The notes under the pieces: generated by a model
The model's input: only the letters and a program-made list of their open reading frames with translations
What the model was told of the DNA's origin: nothing
Database searches by the model: none
Shown here: positions 23,868 through 36,901 of the stretch, piece after piece
How the letters are laid out: every line of letters begins with the position of its first letter
Position numbering within the stretch: position 1 is the stretch's first letter
Source: Prochlorococcus sp. AH-736-N03
GTDB taxonomy: Bacteria; Cyanobacteriota; Cyanobacteriia; PCC-6307; Cyanobiaceae
NCBI GenBank assembly: GCA_028140765.1
Contig: JAOIOX010000001.1
Span: forward strand, 8,813 to 72,812
DNA: 64,000 nucleotides
Direction of reading: 5' to 3'
Translations under genes and position numbers: made by a program

Positions 23868-24386
23868 TTACCACAATTTTCTTCTTGCAAATTTCAACAT
23901 CCTCATAAATTGGGAGCAAATAAAGGGAGCAAACAAACCTGTCAAAAAAACTTCAGCTAAGATATTTTTAACACCGGGTATAAAAATTAAAAAATTACCA
24001 TCTGAAAAATTTCTAGACAAAATTTGTGCAAGATAAAGAGTACCGCATAAAAAACTTCCAAAAGAACAAATTAAACCATACCTAAAGTGTCCCACCAAAA
24101 TATCACTATGTGGTTTAATTCTCCCAAAGAAAAATCCACAAAGAATTAGGCCTGGAATTTGAGAAAAATTATTATCTAAAGTTATAGAATCCAAAATTAG
24201 ACCTAAAAACAAACCAAATACTAATCCATTAATTGATCCATTAATCATTGCCCAAGGCAATAACCAAAATAACGGCCAATAAGGCTGAACACCTAAAAAT
24301 CCAAGCCAACTGGGGTGCCACAAAAAAATAATTGGGATAAAAATAAAGCTTATTGTGGATAATTTTTTGATAAAAAATTCATTCAT
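23868..24386 (-). CDS. mreD: Rod shape-determining protein MreD
   Basis: Hydrophobic protein with GLFLGLILDS, after mreBC; TAATG coupling with mreC suggests a start at 24386. Confidence 0.75.
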   Translation of the reverse strand: MNEFFIKKLSTISFIFIPIIFLWHPSWLGFLGVQPYWPLFWLLPWAMINGSINGLVFGLFLGLILDSITLDNNFSQIPGLILCGFFFGRIKPHSDILVGHFRYGLICSFGSFLCGTLYLAQILSRNFSDGNFLIFIPGVKNILAEVFLTGLFAPFICSQFMRMLKFARRKLW

Positions 24387-25135
24387 TAAATATTTATTTT
24401 CAAAATTTGCACCCAATCAATTACCTGAGGTTTTGCCAAAAGTGAAATTTTTGCCGTTTTTTTTGCTTGCGATGTCTCATCTATAGATTGAACAATCCCA
24501 ATAGGGATATTTGGAGGTAATAAAGAACTAGCAGGAGAAGATGATACAAAATCTCCGACTTTAATATCAGCCTCTTTTGAATACATTATTAAAATAGGAT
24601 GATCATCTCCTGAACCAACCAGTAATCCATTAATTTGACTTCTATCAACCCATACACCTAATTTACTTTCTGGAGAAGTTAATAATGTGACCGACGAAGT
24701 AAATAAAGAAGTATTGTTTACTCTGCCTAATAATCCTCCTGGGCCAGTAACAGTACTACCAATTTCTACTCCATCTTTTGAACCTTTGTTTAAAATTATT
24801 TGTCTCCACCAACCTCCTGTTTTTCTCGAAATAACTGCTGCTGAAATATTATTATTGTTGGATGATTGTTGAAGAGATAAGATTTCCCGCAATCTTATAT
24901 TATCCTTGTTCAAAAGATTTGATTTTATTAAAGATTCTTGATTTATGCTCTTGATAATAACTTCTTTTTGAAATTGACCAGGCCAAAAAGGCCTTGAAAT
25001 AAAGTAAAAAAAATCTTTATATAAAGATCCTTTTGAAATCCTTACAAAGACTAAAAATAAAAAAATTCCTAATAATATCCAGCTTTTCTTTTTATGCCAC
25101 CAACGACTAGAAGAAATTCGTCGGATATTTAACAT
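24386..25135 (-). CDS. mreC: Rod shape-determining protein MreC
   Basis: N-terminal TM, IILNKGSKDGV, GLLGRV, PIGIV. Confidence 0.92.
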   Translation of the reverse strand: MLNIRRISSSRWWHKKKSWILLGIFLFLVFVRISKGSLYKDFFYFISRPFWPGQFQKEVIIKSINQESLIKSNLLNKDNIRLREILSLQQSSNNNNISAAVISRKTGGWWRQIILNKGSKDGVEIGSTVTGPGGLLGRVNNTSLFTSSVTLLTSPESKLGVWVDRSQINGLLVGSGDDHPILIMYSKEADIKVGDFVSSSPASSLLPPNIPIGIVQSIDETSQAKKTAKISLLAKPQVIDWVQILKINI

Positions 25136-25139
25136 AATA

Positions 25140-26192
25140 TTAGTCTCTTATCGCGTTCCTTATAAAGTCTGGAGTATCAACAACTCTTTTAAGTTTTTTA
25201 AAATCATCAAGAACCTCCCCACATCCATTAACTACACAAAGCAGGGGATTTTCTGCTATGTGGGTAAAAATTCCCGTTTCATCGCTCAATAAATCATTAA
25301 TGCCTCTAACTAAAGCTCCACCACCTGCAAGCATAATCCCTCTATCAACAATATCTGCAGCAAGTTCAGGAGGAGTTCGCTCTAAAGTTCTTTTTACAGC
25401 CTCAACTATTTTACTCAGTGTTTCAGCCATAGCTTCTCTAATTTCTCCTGAAGTTAAAGTGACTGACCTAGGAAGACCAGATAAAAGATGTAAACCTCTC
25501 ACCTCTAAAGTAGTTTTATCAAATTCATCATCTGGGAATGCGGAACCAATCTTGATCTTAATATCTTCTGCAGTTCTCTCTCCAACAACTAAATTATGAA
25601 CTTTTTTAAGGTATAAGGCAATTGATTCATTTATTTCGTCGCCAGCTATTCGTACAGATTCGCTTAATACAGTTCCACCCAAACTTAGGACTGCAACCTC
25701 AGTAGTTCCACCACCAATATCAACAATCATAGTACCAATTGGCTCAGTTACTGGTAATGATGCACCTATTGCTGCTGCAACAGGTTCATCTATCAAGTGA
25801 ACTTCTCTAGCTCCTGCTAATCCAGCTTCTCTTACTGCTCTTCGCTCGACACTTGTAACTCCACTTGGAATACCAATAACTATTCTTGGAGCAACTATAC
25901 CCTTGCCTTCGTTACATTTTTGAATAAATGTTTTAATCATTTGCTCCGCAGCATCAAAATCTGCAATAACACCATCTCTAAGCGGTCTTACGGCTCTAAT
26001 ATTGCCAGGCGTTCTTCCGAGCATTAACTTTGCTTCTTTACCAACAGCCAATGGAATCCCTTCCTCTAAATCCATAGCTACTACAGAAGGTTCTTGTAAA
26101 ACAACGCCCTTACCTGATACGTGTATAAGGGTGTTGGCCGTCCCCAAATCTATGCCAATATCTCTAGAAAATTTAAATCTGTTAAAAATCAC
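25140..26192 (-). CDS. mreB: Actin-like MreB
   Basis: [30 protein letters not shown]. Confidence 0.98.
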   Translation of the reverse strand: MIFNRFKFSRDIGIDLGTANTLIHVSGKGVVLQEPSVVAMDLEEGIPLAVGKEAKLMLGRTPGNIRAVRPLRDGVIADFDAAEQMIKTFIQKCNEGKGIVAPRIVIGIPSGVTSVERRAVREAGLAGAREVHLIDEPVAAAIGASLPVTEPIGTMIVDIGGGTTEVAVLSLGGTVLSESVRIAGDEINESIALYLKKVHNLVVGERTAEDIKIKIGSAFPDDEFDKTTLEVRGLHLLSGLPRSVTLTSGEIREAMAETLSKIVEAVKRTLERTPPELAADIVDRGIMLAGGGALVRGINDLLSDETGIFTHIAENPLLCVVNGCGEVLDDFKKLKRVVDTPDFIRNAIRD

Positions 26193-26324
26193 AATAGAAA
26201 TTCTTTTTTATAAATAATATATCTATTTTTTGTTAAGCCTTCATAATTTTCTTGTTTAGTTATGAATAGCACGCATAACTTTGAGCAGAACCTAAAAATA
26301 TGAGTAGTATAAAAAGAAAAAATC

Positions 26325-26696
26325 ATGGAAATTAACACTATTAACCTAGTCGGCAGAGCCGGTAGAGAACCTGATGTCAGATATTTTGAATCTGGAAGTA
26401 TCGTAGCTAATTTCACTCTTGCAGTAAACCGAAGAAGTAGAGATGAGGAGCCTGACTGGTTTAATTTAGAAATATGGGGCAAACAGGCGCAAATCGCAGC
26501 AGATTACGTTAAAAAAGGGTCTTTAATTGGAATCACAGGAAGCTTCAAAATTGATAGTTGGAAAGATAAAAATACTGGGGAAGATAGATACAAACCAGTT
26601 GTTAGGGTAGACAGGTTAAATTTACTAAGTTCTCGAAAAGAGTCTGATAATAACCAATATTCTAGTAGTAGTAACTCTAGTGAAATCCCCTTTTAA
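26325..26696 (+). CDS. ssb: Single-stranded DNA-binding protein
   Basis: INLVGRAGREPDVRY...; C-terminal EIPF tip. Confidence 0.96.
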   Translation: MEINTINLVGRAGREPDVRYFESGSIVANFTLAVNRRSRDEEPDWFNLEIWGKQAQIAADYVKKGSLIGITGSFKIDSWKDKNTGEDRYKPVVRVDRLNLLSSRKESDNNQYSSSSNSSEIPF

Positions 26697-27352
26697 GCTC
26701 TATTTTTTTTAAAAAATCTAATAAGTATTCTTATAAAGAAATATAAGAAAATTAAAATCAAAATTGGCTTTACAACATATTTGATTTGATCTAAGTAAGT
26801 TTCAATAATTGAATAATTTTCGCCAAATAAATAACCTGCATAAGTGAGAAGGGCCACCCATATCAAGCTCCCAAATGTAGTCCAAATCAAAAATTTTCTT
26901 AATGGCATAAGTTCTATGCCAGCAGGAACTGAAATCAAGGTTCTTATACCTGGTACTAATCGGCCCCAAAAAACTAAAGAGACGCCGTACTTATCAAACC
27001 ACCTTTTACTTTTACTTAAATCATTAGAAGAAATACCCAGATATTTTCCTTGTTTATCTAGAAAATTTGAAAGTCTTTTTTCATTTACTAATCTTCCTAA
27101 GTAATACCAAGGCAATGATCCTAATATAGTTCCAAGTAATCCCCAAAAAACTAAAATATAAAAATTTAATTTTTGTTGATAAACGAAAAAACCTCCCAAG
27201 GGCATAATTATTTCCGAGGGTATTGGGGGTATTATATTTTCTAAAAACATAGCCAGACAAATAGTGAGGTATGCAATTATTGAATTCTTTTCAACAGCCA
27301 AACTAATGTAGTCTGGGATTGAAGTAAGAAAATTTACAAAAAATAGACTCAA
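26693..27352 (-). CDS. dedA: DedA family membrane protein
   Basis: LENIIPPIPSE, GRLVPGIRTLISVPAG. Confidence 0.92.
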   Translation of the reverse strand: MSLFFVNFLTSIPDYISLAVEKNSIIAYLTICLAMFLENIIPPIPSEIIMPLGGFFVYQQKLNFYILVFWGLLGTILGSLPWYYLGRLVNEKRLSNFLDKQGKYLGISSNDLSKSKRWFDKYGVSLVFWGRLVPGIRTLISVPAGIELMPLRKFLIWTTFGSLIWVALLTYAGYLFGENYSIIETYLDQIKYVVKPILILIFLYFFIRILIRFFKKNRA

Positions 27353-27354
27353 TC

Positions 27355-28773
27355 TTAATATCTATAGAGCTCTGGTTTGTAAGGTCCATCAACAGAAACA
27401 TTAATATAATCAGCTTGTTCCTTAGTTAATTTTGTTAATTTTGCACCAATTTTATCAAGATGTAATCTAGCTACCATTTCATCTAAATGTTTTGGTAAAA
27501 CATAAACCTCCTTAGCATATATTTCAGACTTATTGAAAAGTTCAATTTGAGCTAAGACTTGATTAGTAAAAGAATTACTCATAACAAAACTTGGATGTCC
27601 AGTGGCACAACCCAAGTTAACTAATCTACCTTCAGCTAAAAGGATTATTTTATTGCCGCTCGGTAAAGTTATGTGATCAACCTGCGGTTTAATATTTTCC
27701 CATGGATAATCTTTCAATGAAGCCACATCAATTTCATTATCAAAATGGCCAATATTACAAACTATTGCCTCATCTTTCATCTTGACAAGATTTTCATTTT
27801 TTATTACCTGATAGTTCCCAGTTGCCGTAACAAATATATCTATATTCTCCACAACATCGTCTAGTGTAACAACACTAAAGCCTTCCATTGCCGCTTGAAG
27901 AGCACAAATTGGATCAACTTCAGCAACTTTTACAATTGCACCAAGTCCTCTTAACGACTGCGCTGAGCCTTTACCTACATCTCCAAAACCTATTACTAAA
28001 GCAACCTTCCCAGCAATCATCACGTCAGTAGCACGCTTTATGCTGTCAACTAGAGATTCTCGGCATCCATATAAATTATCAAATTTGCTCTTAGTTACTG
28101 AATCATTAACGTTAATAGCTGGGAAGGGTAGAGCATTTTGTTTTTGCAGTTGATAAAGTCTTGCAACTCCCGTTGTAGTTTCTTCAGTGACACCAATAAT
28201 ATTACTTTTAATTCTGGAATAAAAGTTACTATCATTTTTCAGCTTAGATTTTATAGATTTAAATAAAGCAATTTCTTCTTCATTACCGGGATTATCTAAA
28301 ACAGATAAATCGTTTTCTGCTTTACTACCAAGTATCAATAAGCCAGTTGCATCTCCCCCATCATCAAGAATCATATTCGGAGAGTCGGAGCCCCAATCAA
28401 GAATATAGTGAGTATATTGCCAATATTCATCAAGAGTCTCACCTTTTTTTGCGTATACAGCAATTCCTTGATCTGCAATAGCTGCAGCCGCATGATCTTG
28501 AGTTGAAAAGATATTGCATGAAGCCCATTTAACTTCTGCTCCAAGATAAACAAGAGTTTCTATCAATACTGCTGTCTGAATAGTCATATGAAGACTTCCA
28601 GCTATTTTTGCACCTTTTAGTGGCTTTTCAGATTGATATTTATCTCTAAGCGCCATTAATCCTGGCATTTCTGTTTCAGCAATTTTAATTTCTTTACGAC
28701 CAAAATCTGATAAAGAAATATCAGCAATTACGTAATTAGGTGTAGAGGTCTTAACTGAATTTGCGATAACCAT
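27355..28773 (-). CDS. ahcY: Adenosylhomocysteinase
   Basis: [36 protein letters not shown]. Confidence 0.98.
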   Translation of the reverse strand: MVIANSVKTSTPNYVIADISLSDFGRKEIKIAETEMPGLMALRDKYQSEKPLKGAKIAGSLHMTIQTAVLIETLVYLGAEVKWASCNIFSTQDHAAAAIADQGIAVYAKKGETLDEYWQYTHYILDWGSDSPNMILDDGGDATGLLILGSKAENDLSVLDNPGNEEEIALFKSIKSKLKNDSNFYSRIKSNIIGVTEETTTGVARLYQLQKQNALPFPAINVNDSVTKSKFDNLYGCRESLVDSIKRATDVMIAGKVALVIGFGDVGKGSAQSLRGLGAIVKVAEVDPICALQAAMEGFSVVTLDDVVENIDIFVTATGNYQVIKNENLVKMKDEAIVCNIGHFDNEIDVASLKDYPWENIKPQVDHITLPSGNKIILLAEGRLVNLGCATGHPSFVMSNSFTNQVLAQIELFNKSEIYAKEVYVLPKHLDEMVARLHLDKIGAKLTKLTKEQADYINVSVDGPYKPELYRY

Positions 28774-28823
28774 ATCTGGTAATACTTTTTCTATTAAACT
28801 ATAAATGATTTTTGTGTAATTTT

Positions 28824-29261
28824 GTGTTTATTGAGAATTTAAAAGAAACTTTAAATTTAGGGAAAAACTTGTCACACAAATTGAATCCCCAATCAATTGT
28901 TTTATTACAGGGTCCGATTGGAGCTGGAAAAACTTCATTTGTTCAAGGGATTGCTGAAGGCTTATCAATCACTGAGGAAATTACAAGCCCTACATTTGCT
29001 TTATCGCATCACTATAACTCCGGAAAAATCCCACTAATTCACATTGATTTATACAGATTAGATAATGTTTCTTCAGCAAGAGAAGTTTTTTTTTCAGAAG
29101 AAGAAGAAGCAATACAAAGAAAAGCTATTTTAGTTATTGAATGGCCCGAATTAATTGAACCAGTGATTGATAATTTCTGGAAAATAGAAATTAGTTACGC
29201 AAAAAATTATGGAAGAAACTACGAAATAAGAGATCCCAAGAATTTATTTACCTTCTCATAA
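28824..29261 (+). CDS. tsaE: tRNA t6A ATPase TsaE
   Basis: [24 protein letters not shown]; probable GTG start at 28824 (the ORF track starts at 28812). Confidence 0.93.
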   Translation: MFIENLKETLNLGKNLSHKLNPQSIVLLQGPIGAGKTSFVQGIAEGLSITEEITSPTFALSHHYNSGKIPLIHIDLYRLDNVSSAREVFFSEEEEAIQRKAILVIEWPELIEPVIDNFWKIEISYAKNYGRNYEIRDPKNLFTFS

Positions 29262-30217
29262 TATGGCTGTTGCTCGATGGCGCCTTCACCAAGACAAGTC
29301 AATAATCCACAAACACCTGCGAACTTAATACAATCTTCTATCTCTTCTTTATTTGAAGGATAGCCAGAAGAAATTAATTTTGAAATTAAGCCAGCCAGAA
29401 AAGCATCGCCTGCCCCAGTTGTATCAACAATTTTTTGTGAAGTAAGGGTTTCTGTAATTCCCTGCAATCCATTGATGTACCATGAAACGGGATTTTTACC
29501 ATCTGTAATTATGACATCTGGTTGTTTTAACAATTGTTGAGATATAAGCAAAGGATTTTCATGTTCAAAAAACAAAGTTGCTTCTTCCTTAGCAAGTTTT
29601 AAAACATGAGCATGATTTAAAAAATTTTTAATTATGTTAACTCTTTGATCAATGGTTATGTTTGATGAAAAACTTGAATGATCCCAAAAAACTTCTCTCC
29701 AATTCAAATCAATAACCACTTTGACTTCCAATTTTTTAGCCTGTTCAAAAAGAAAAAAAATAGTCTCTGCTGATATTGGAGATGATAATAAGATCGTTCC
29801 TGTAACCAAATATTTTGTTTCTAGAAAAATTTTCTCCAAATTTAAAATTTCTTTTTCTATTAATTTCTTGCTAAGAACTTCATCTGCAAAGCATGAATGA
29901 GAACTTTCCTCAAAGCCTGAAAAAAACCGATCTCCAAATTGATCTCTATCTACATTAACCACGCGTGTAGAAGAATCATTATCTAATTGCAAGAAATCTA
30001 AATTAACGTCCAATTCACTAAATTGCTTAATAAATTTTTTTCCATAATCATCACTACCCAAACTTCCTATAAATATTGAATCTATTTTTAATTTTCTTAA
30101 TGCACAAGCAACATTAGCCGGTGCACCTCCCAAAAAATCTGAAAATCCTTGATTTGATTTATTTCTGATCCTATCTATTAAAGCCTCTCCAATGCATATG
30201 ACCTTTTTCCTTTTCAT
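29219..30217 (-). CDS. PfkB-family carbohydrate kinase (fructokinase-like)
   Basis: GEALID, GGAPANVA, DLNWR, DTTGAGDAF. Confidence 0.92.
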   Translation of the reverse strand: MKRKKVICIGEALIDRIRNKSNQGFSDFLGGAPANVACALRKLKIDSIFIGSLGSDDYGKKFIKQFSELDVNLDFLQLDNDSSTRVVNVDRDQFGDRFFSGFEESSHSCFADEVLSKKLIEKEILNLEKIFLETKYLVTGTILLSSPISAETIFFLFEQAKKLEVKVVIDLNWREVFWDHSSFSSNITIDQRVNIIKNFLNHAHVLKLAKEEATLFFEHENPLLISQQLLKQPDVIITDGKNPVSWYINGLQGITETLTSQKIVDTTGAGDAFLAGLISKLISSGYPSNKEEIEDCIKFAGVCGLLTCLGEGAIEQQPYYEKVNKFLGSLIS

Positions 30218-30306
30218 AAAATGAACGCTTTTTCTTAACTAAGAATAATTTATTAAAAACAAATAATTTTTTTTTGAATTAAAGTTTAATTAAATTTATA
30301 TTCATC

Positions 30307-31221
30307 GTGTCTTTGAATAAATCTGAAACTTGGAAATGGAAAAATTGGGAAATTTCATGGTCTCTATCAAAAGAATCTTCTTCTGAAAAAAATATTAAAA
30401 TTTTATTAGTTCATGGATTTGGGGCGTCAAAACACCACTGGAGACATAATCAAGATTTTCTGGGTAAATTTTCTAACTGCTTCGCAATTGACTTATTAGG
30501 ATTTGGGGAAAGCAGTCAACCAAGTGCTTTATTAGATTACGAACCTGATAAAAAAAACTCAGTTAAATATTCATTTGACTTATGGAGTAATCAGATATCA
30601 ACATTTTGTGACGAGGTAATAAAATCTCCTGTTTACTTAGTAGGAAATTCAATTGGTGGTGTTATTGCATTGAAAGCTGCTGAAATTCTCAAAGATAAAT
30701 GTAACGGGGTCATATTGATTGATTGTGCACAAAGAACTATGGATGATAAACGTTTAAAAAAAAGTGATATTTTAATGAATCTACTGAGACCGGTTCTTAA
30801 AACGATAGTCAGACAAAGAGTCATTAGTAATACACTTTTTACAAGAGCTGCTAACCCAAAAGTTATAAAGAAAATACTGGAACAAGCTTACCCTTCAGGA
30901 AAAAACATCGATAAAGAATTAATTGAAATACTTTACAAACCTTCTCAAAGAAAAAACTCTAAAGAAGCATTTCGTGGTTTTATTAACTTATTTGATGACT
31001 ATCTTGCTACTGACCTTTTCGATAAGGTTCATGCTCCTATTCAATTGATTTGGGGAGAAAAAGATCCTTGGGAATCTTTAAATGAAGCAAGAGAGTGGAA
31101 ACAAAAATTCAGGAACATTAAAAGATTAGATATTATTCATGGGGCTGGTCATTGTCCTCATGATGAAGAACCTGAAAAAACAAATACGTTAATAAATGAA
31201 TTTATTCAAGAAACAAAGTAA
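30307..31221 (+). CDS. Alpha/beta fold hydrolase
   Basis: HGFGAS, GNSIGG, GAGHCPHDE. Confidence 0.9.
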   Translation: MSLNKSETWKWKNWEISWSLSKESSSEKNIKILLVHGFGASKHHWRHNQDFLGKFSNCFAIDLLGFGESSQPSALLDYEPDKKNSVKYSFDLWSNQISTFCDEVIKSPVYLVGNSIGGVIALKAAEILKDKCNGVILIDCAQRTMDDKRLKKSDILMNLLRPVLKTIVRQRVISNTLFTRAANPKVIKKILEQAYPSGKNIDKELIEILYKPSQRKNSKEAFRGFINLFDDYLATDLFDKVHAPIQLIWGEKDPWESLNEAREWKQKFRNIKRLDIIHGAGHCPHDEEPEKTNTLINEFIQETK

Positions 31222-32207
31222 GCTTCTACATTATCACTAAGTCTCCTCAAGCCTCTTAAACCATCACGTTCTAGGTTTCTTACTCGATCTCTACTTATTC
31301 CTAGGACCCTTCCTATACCTGTAAGAGACATTGGCTCATCACCATCCATCCCATATCTCATTCTTAAAACTCTACATTGCAGATCAGGTAATTGATGTAA
31401 AAGAGAATGCAGATCGCCTCTCATACAATCCATCTCTATTTGTTCGTCTGGCAAATCCTCTCCCCCTGCCAGTAAATCTAGTAAAACCGTATCTTCACCA
31501 TCACCTACTTTGGTTTCAAGACTAACTGGCTGCCCAGCTTTACACATTAAATCTTTAACGTCATCTTCTGGAAGCTCTACGTATTTTGCAAGTTCACTTA
31601 CAGTTGGCGTTCTAGACATTTCTTGACTGAGCTCTCTTTGACCCTTTTTTAACTTATTCAACATTTCGGTTATGTGAATAGGCAACCTAATCGCCCGACT
31701 CTTTTCAGCTATTGCCCTTGTAATTCCTTGTCTAATCCACCAATATGCATATGTTGAAAATTTGTAGCCTCTGGCTGGATCAAATTTTTCAACTCCTCTA
31801 ACAAGTCCTATAGTTCCCTCCTGAATTAAATCTAAAAGTTCCATATTTCTTTTTGTATATTTTTTTGCAACGCTTACTACCAATCTTAAATTTGCTGCAA
31901 CCATCCTTTCTTTAGCTCTCTGTCCAGCTCTCAATCTTTTTTTTATTACGGAAGTAGACAAGTTTAATTTGGCCGATAATTCATCAATACTGGGTTTATC
32001 TCCTGTTAATTCGTTAATTTCTAGCTCTGCTCTTTCAACTTGCATGTACTCTTGAACTTGTCTACCTAGAGTAATTTCTTGCTCATGCGATAGTAATGGA
32101 ACTCTTCCAATATCCCTTAAGTATGATCGAACAAGATCTACATCATTACTTGCTTTTAAACTTGCGATTGAAGTTAGTTTATTTTCACTTATTGTTTCAG
32201 AAGACAT
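31206..32207 (-). CDS. Group 2 sigma-70 factor (SigD/RpoD3-like)
   Basis: YLRDIGRVPLL, ANLRLVVSVAKKY, FSTYAYWWIRQ, AIAEKSRAIRLPIHITE; no region 1.1; likely start MSSET at 32207. Confidence 0.9.
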   Translation of the reverse strand: MSSETISENKLTSIASLKASNDVDLVRSYLRDIGRVPLLSHEQEITLGRQVQEYMQVERAELEINELTGDKPSIDELSAKLNLSTSVIKKRLRAGQRAKERMVAANLRLVVSVAKKYTKRNMELLDLIQEGTIGLVRGVEKFDPARGYKFSTYAYWWIRQGITRAIAEKSRAIRLPIHITEMLNKLKKGQRELSQEMSRTPTVSELAKYVELPEDDVKDLMCKAGQPVSLETKVGDGEDTVLLDLLAGGEDLPDEQIEMDCMRGDLHSLLHQLPDLQCRVLRMRYGMDGDEPMSLTGIGRVLGISRDRVRNLERDGLRGLRRLSDNVEAYFVS

Positions 32208-32307
32208 GAAGGTTAAATGATGTTTTGTAAACAATACCATTAAGAAATGTAAAGTTAAACAAAAAAATCCACATTTTTACAAAAATGAGAATAAATACCT
32301 AGTCAAT

Positions 32308-33714
32308 TTAAGTCAATGATGAGTTTAATAGCCATTTTGCCGTACTGAGATAAATAAATACACCAGCGATATCAGTTACGGTTGTAATGAAAGGGGAGGA
32401 CATCAGGGCTGGATCCAATTTCATTTTGTCAAACAACAAAGGGAGAATCGCTCCAGTTGTGGCAGCTAAAGTTGTTATGGATATTAAACTTATTCCCACT
32501 GCAGAGGCGATTAAAGGCCCTTCTCCTTGCCACCAAGCAAAGGGAAATACTACAAGCATCATGAAAACACCCAAAAGAGCCCCTGTGATTGCTTCCTTAA
32601 CTACTGCCCTAATAGCACCAAGAGACTTCAATTTTTGAGTACTTAAACCTCTAATGACAACAGTTGAACTTTGAGCACCAACATTTCCCCCAGTACCTAT
32701 AAGTAGTGGAATAAATGCAGCTAATAAAACTATTTCTTTTAATATTTGATCATTCATAGCTATAACTTTTGTTGTTAAACCATTTGCTAAAACCAAAATT
32801 AATAACCATAAAATTCTTCTTCGGGCAATCGTAAACAAACTACTTTGGAAATAATCATCTTCATCTCCAGGTTGTACTGCCCCCGCTGCATAAATATCTC
32901 TTGTTGCTTCTTGTTCTATGACATCAATTAAATCATCAACAGTTACTATACCAACCAGTCTTTTTTCTTTATCAACGACTGGCAGAGCCAAAAAATCGTA
33001 TCTTTGTATTGCTCTCGCAACCTCTTCTTGATTCGTATTAGTAGAGATATTAACTACATCTCTTGTCATAACGTCACCAATTGGCTTAGAAGGATCAGCA
33101 GTTACAAGGTCTCTTAAAGAGAGGATACCAGTTAAGTGTCTTTCTTTATCCGTAACATATAAGCTATAGATAGTTTCAGTAAATGGGGCTCTTTTTCTAA
33201 CTAAGGAAAGAGCCTCAGCTGCTGTTTGCATCTCTTTAAGGTCTATAAATTCAGTTGTCATTAATCTTCCTGCCGTTTCGGGTTCATAACCAAGTAATTC
33301 AGCTGTTACTTTCCTTTCTCCAGGACTAAGAGCAGACAAAAATTTTCGTACAACTTTTGCAGGTAATTCATCAAAGAGTTGAACTCTATCATCAGGAGAC
33401 ATTTTTTCAACAATTTCTAAAACCTCTCCTGAGCGCAACCTTTCTAATAAAGTTTGCTGAACTACTGGATCTAAATATTCATAAACCTCAATTGCCTCAT
33501 TTTTCTTTAATAATCGAAATGCTAATGCCTGCAATATTAATGGAAGGCTTCCAATAGCATCTGCAATATCAACAGGTTGGGAAGGCTCTAAAAGTAACTT
33601 TGCCTCATCATAATTTCCCGCGATGAGCAATTCCTCAAGTTGAATAGTAATATTTTCTCTAATACTTAAATCAGAAGATAACGATGTAACTGTTTCAAGA
33701 TTATTTTCTTTCAT
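32308..33714 (-). CDS. mgtE: Magnesium transporter MgtE
   Basis: MgtE_N and CBS pair, GTGGNVGAQ, DPALMSSPFITTVTD. Confidence 0.96.
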   Translation of the reverse strand: MKENNLETVTSLSSDLSIRENITIQLEELLIAGNYDEAKLLLEPSQPVDIADAIGSLPLILQALAFRLLKKNEAIEVYEYLDPVVQQTLLERLRSGEVLEIVEKMSPDDRVQLFDELPAKVVRKFLSALSPGERKVTAELLGYEPETAGRLMTTEFIDLKEMQTAAEALSLVRKRAPFTETIYSLYVTDKERHLTGILSLRDLVTADPSKPIGDVMTRDVVNISTNTNQEEVARAIQRYDFLALPVVDKEKRLVGIVTVDDLIDVIEQEATRDIYAAGAVQPGDEDDYFQSSLFTIARRRILWLLILVLANGLTTKVIAMNDQILKEIVLLAAFIPLLIGTGGNVGAQSSTVVIRGLSTQKLKSLGAIRAVVKEAITGALLGVFMMLVVFPFAWWQGEGPLIASAVGISLISITTLAATTGAILPLLFDKMKLDPALMSSPFITTVTDIAGVFIYLSTAKWLLNSSLT

Positions 33715-33757
33715 AAATATAATCCCTTATCAAAGTAACAACATCATTATATGAAAT

Positions 33758-34087
33758 CTAAGTAATTTTTCTACTTATCCAGAACCCGAAAAGCATTGTA
33801 AATAAATTTACAATAATTATTAAATTAAAAAAAATTATAAATTTTATCCAATCTCCTTGATTTAAAATTTTGTACAAAAAATATATAAATCCGCTAAAGG
33901 ATGTAAAGCAAGAAAAAAAACCACTCAATAAAATTTTTTCAGTTGAATAACTTAATCTTTTACTAACAAAAAAACCCACTAAAAAAGATCCAATTATTGA
34001 AATAAAAAAATTATTATTTATAGTTAATCTTAAAAAAGTAGCTAAGTAAGCAGCGAAAAAAATATAAATAAAATTATTTATTTTCAC
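33758..34087 (-). CDS. crcB: Fluoride channel Fluc/CrcB (divergent copy)
   Basis: Small hydrophobic protein; FLR, GSFLVG, GFFSCFTSFSGF. Confidence 0.75.
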   Translation of the reverse strand: MKINNFIYIFFAAYLATFLRLTINNNFFISIIGSFLVGFFVSKRLSYSTEKILLSGFFSCFTSFSGFIYFLYKILNQGDWIKFIIFFNLIIIVNLFTMLFGFWISRKIT

Positions 34088-34088
34088 T

Positions 34089-34454
34089 TTAAAAAAACTG
34101 AGTAAAAAAATAACCCAAATAAAAGAAAAGGAATGAAAAAATTATCACTTCAATATAGTGAAAAAATAATCTTAAGAATTTTTTCTTTTTAAATAAGATA
34201 AATAGTTGATATATAAAAGAAGAAAATGTACTAAAACATCCTAAAAAACCGCCGTAAAACAAAACTAAAATTTCGTTATTCATAAAATTTAAAGCTACTA
34301 AAATTCCTAAAACAAAAGATGATAAAAAATTTACTATTGAAGTATTCTGAATATCAAAACCAAGACTTTTTTTAAAATTATTTTGTATAAATATTCTCAG
34401 TATTAATCCAAAAGTGCTGCCGATTAAAATTATAGTTATTGAATTAAAATCCAA
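34089..34454 (-). CDS. crcB: Fluoride channel Fluc/CrcB
   Basis: GLILR, IVNFLSSFVLG, GFLGCFSTFSSF. Confidence 0.85.
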   Translation of the reverse strand: MDFNSITIILIGSTFGLILRIFIQNNFKKSLGFDIQNTSIVNFLSSFVLGILVALNFMNNEILVLFYGGFLGCFSTFSSFIYQLFILFKKKKFLRLFFHYIEVIIFSFLFFYLGYFFTQFF

Positions 34455-34457
34455 AAT

Positions 34458-36751
<2,294 letters not shown>

Positions 36752-36901
36752 TTAATATAAAAAAAATACTAAACTTTTAAAATGTTATTTTTAAAAGGTC
36801 TTTCATTAAACTTACCACCGCAATAAGGTAAAGGCTCGGAAATCAATGAAAAATTAATCACTTTAATTATATAGCTAATATTTTTTTCTTCAGAAATTCA
36901 T

